Assembly: GCA_964459725.1 (NCBI GenBank)
Contig: CAYWNT010000001.1
Coordinates: 91,529-155,528, forward strand
DNA from: an uncultured Gammaproteobacteria bacterium
Lineage (GTDB): Bacteria; Patescibacteriota; Patescibacteriia; Patescibacteriales; UBA12075
Reading direction: 5' to 3'
Length of the DNA stretch: 64,000 bases
The notes under the pieces were generated by a model, which searched no databases, had not been told where the DNA came from, and saw nothing but the letters and a program-made list of their open reading frames with translations. The first letter of the stretch is position 1; every line of letters starts with the position of its first letter. The position numbers and the translations under genes are program-made. Shown piece after piece: positions 63,865 to 64,000 of this stretch.

Positions 63865-64000
63865 TTATTTTCTTATCAAAGTAGAGAAATCATCACTTTC
63901 ACTATATTTCTCAGCACGTTCGTTTATTAGGAACACCTTTTTAGCTTCTTCTAGTGATAATTCAGTGTCTATCAGGTCTAGGTCAAAAGCGAGTTCATCA
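63865..64000 (-). CDS. 3' end of an unidentified CDS (the start lies beyond the window)
   Basis: The reverse strand reads ...DELAFDLDLIDTELSLEEAKKVFLINERAEKYSESDDFSTLIRK*, with the stop at 63865-63867. Confidence 0.4.
   Translation of the reverse strand, partial: DELAFDLDLIDTELSLEEAKKVFLINERAEKYSESDDFSTLIRK

Overview
AT-rich bacterial window. The gene content looks like a Patescibacteria/CPR-type genome, but this is inference only and cannot be verified here. That content is scattered aaRS genes, ScpAB, TpiA/Fba, DUF5671/DUF2339/cohesin-like envelope proteins, an NDK with an internal insertion, and one enormous surface protein. I saw no rRNA, CRISPR array, integrase or transposase.

Layout:
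(1) 1-1913 (-): partial SF2 helicase with a tandem zinc-ribbon tail.
(2) 2413-29112 (+): a single intact 26.7-kb ORF (8,899 aa, about 42% of the window). It encodes a modular surface protein with three and a half ~3.6-kb super-repeats.
(3) 29.2-39.5 kb: envelope and housekeeping genes (cohesin-like, DUF389, tyrS, NUDIX, argS, a T-box-controlled glyQS, ComEC-like MBL, orphan receiver, ndk).
(4) 39.6-47.6 kb: a small-gene island. It holds four promoter -> leaderless hydrophobic micro-ORF -> antiterminator/terminator cassettes with different amino-acid biases. One of them sits in front of a LeuA-like synthase. The island also has overlapping tiny ORF pairs and two orphan GGDEF-fold proteins.
(5) 47.6-54.0 kb: DUF5671, YbaK-like, scpA, scpB, DD-carboxypeptidase, tpiA, fba, TPR protein.
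(6) 54.1-57.6 kb: an unusual tRNA region. The intact tRNA-Thr(GGU), tRNA-Tyr(GUA) and tRNA-Trp(CCA) genes are each embedded in partial or insertion-bearing copies of themselves. The region also has a GIY-YIG nuclease gene, a short GC-rich palindrome family, ~180-nt periodic '3' end + terminator' modules, and inverted 3'-half copies.
(7) 57.7-64.0 kb: envelope proteins (TSP3-repeat protein, DUF2339 membrane protein, secreted repeat protein).

The leads I rate highest are the attenuator battery, the nested and insertion-bearing tRNA loci, and the giant gene.
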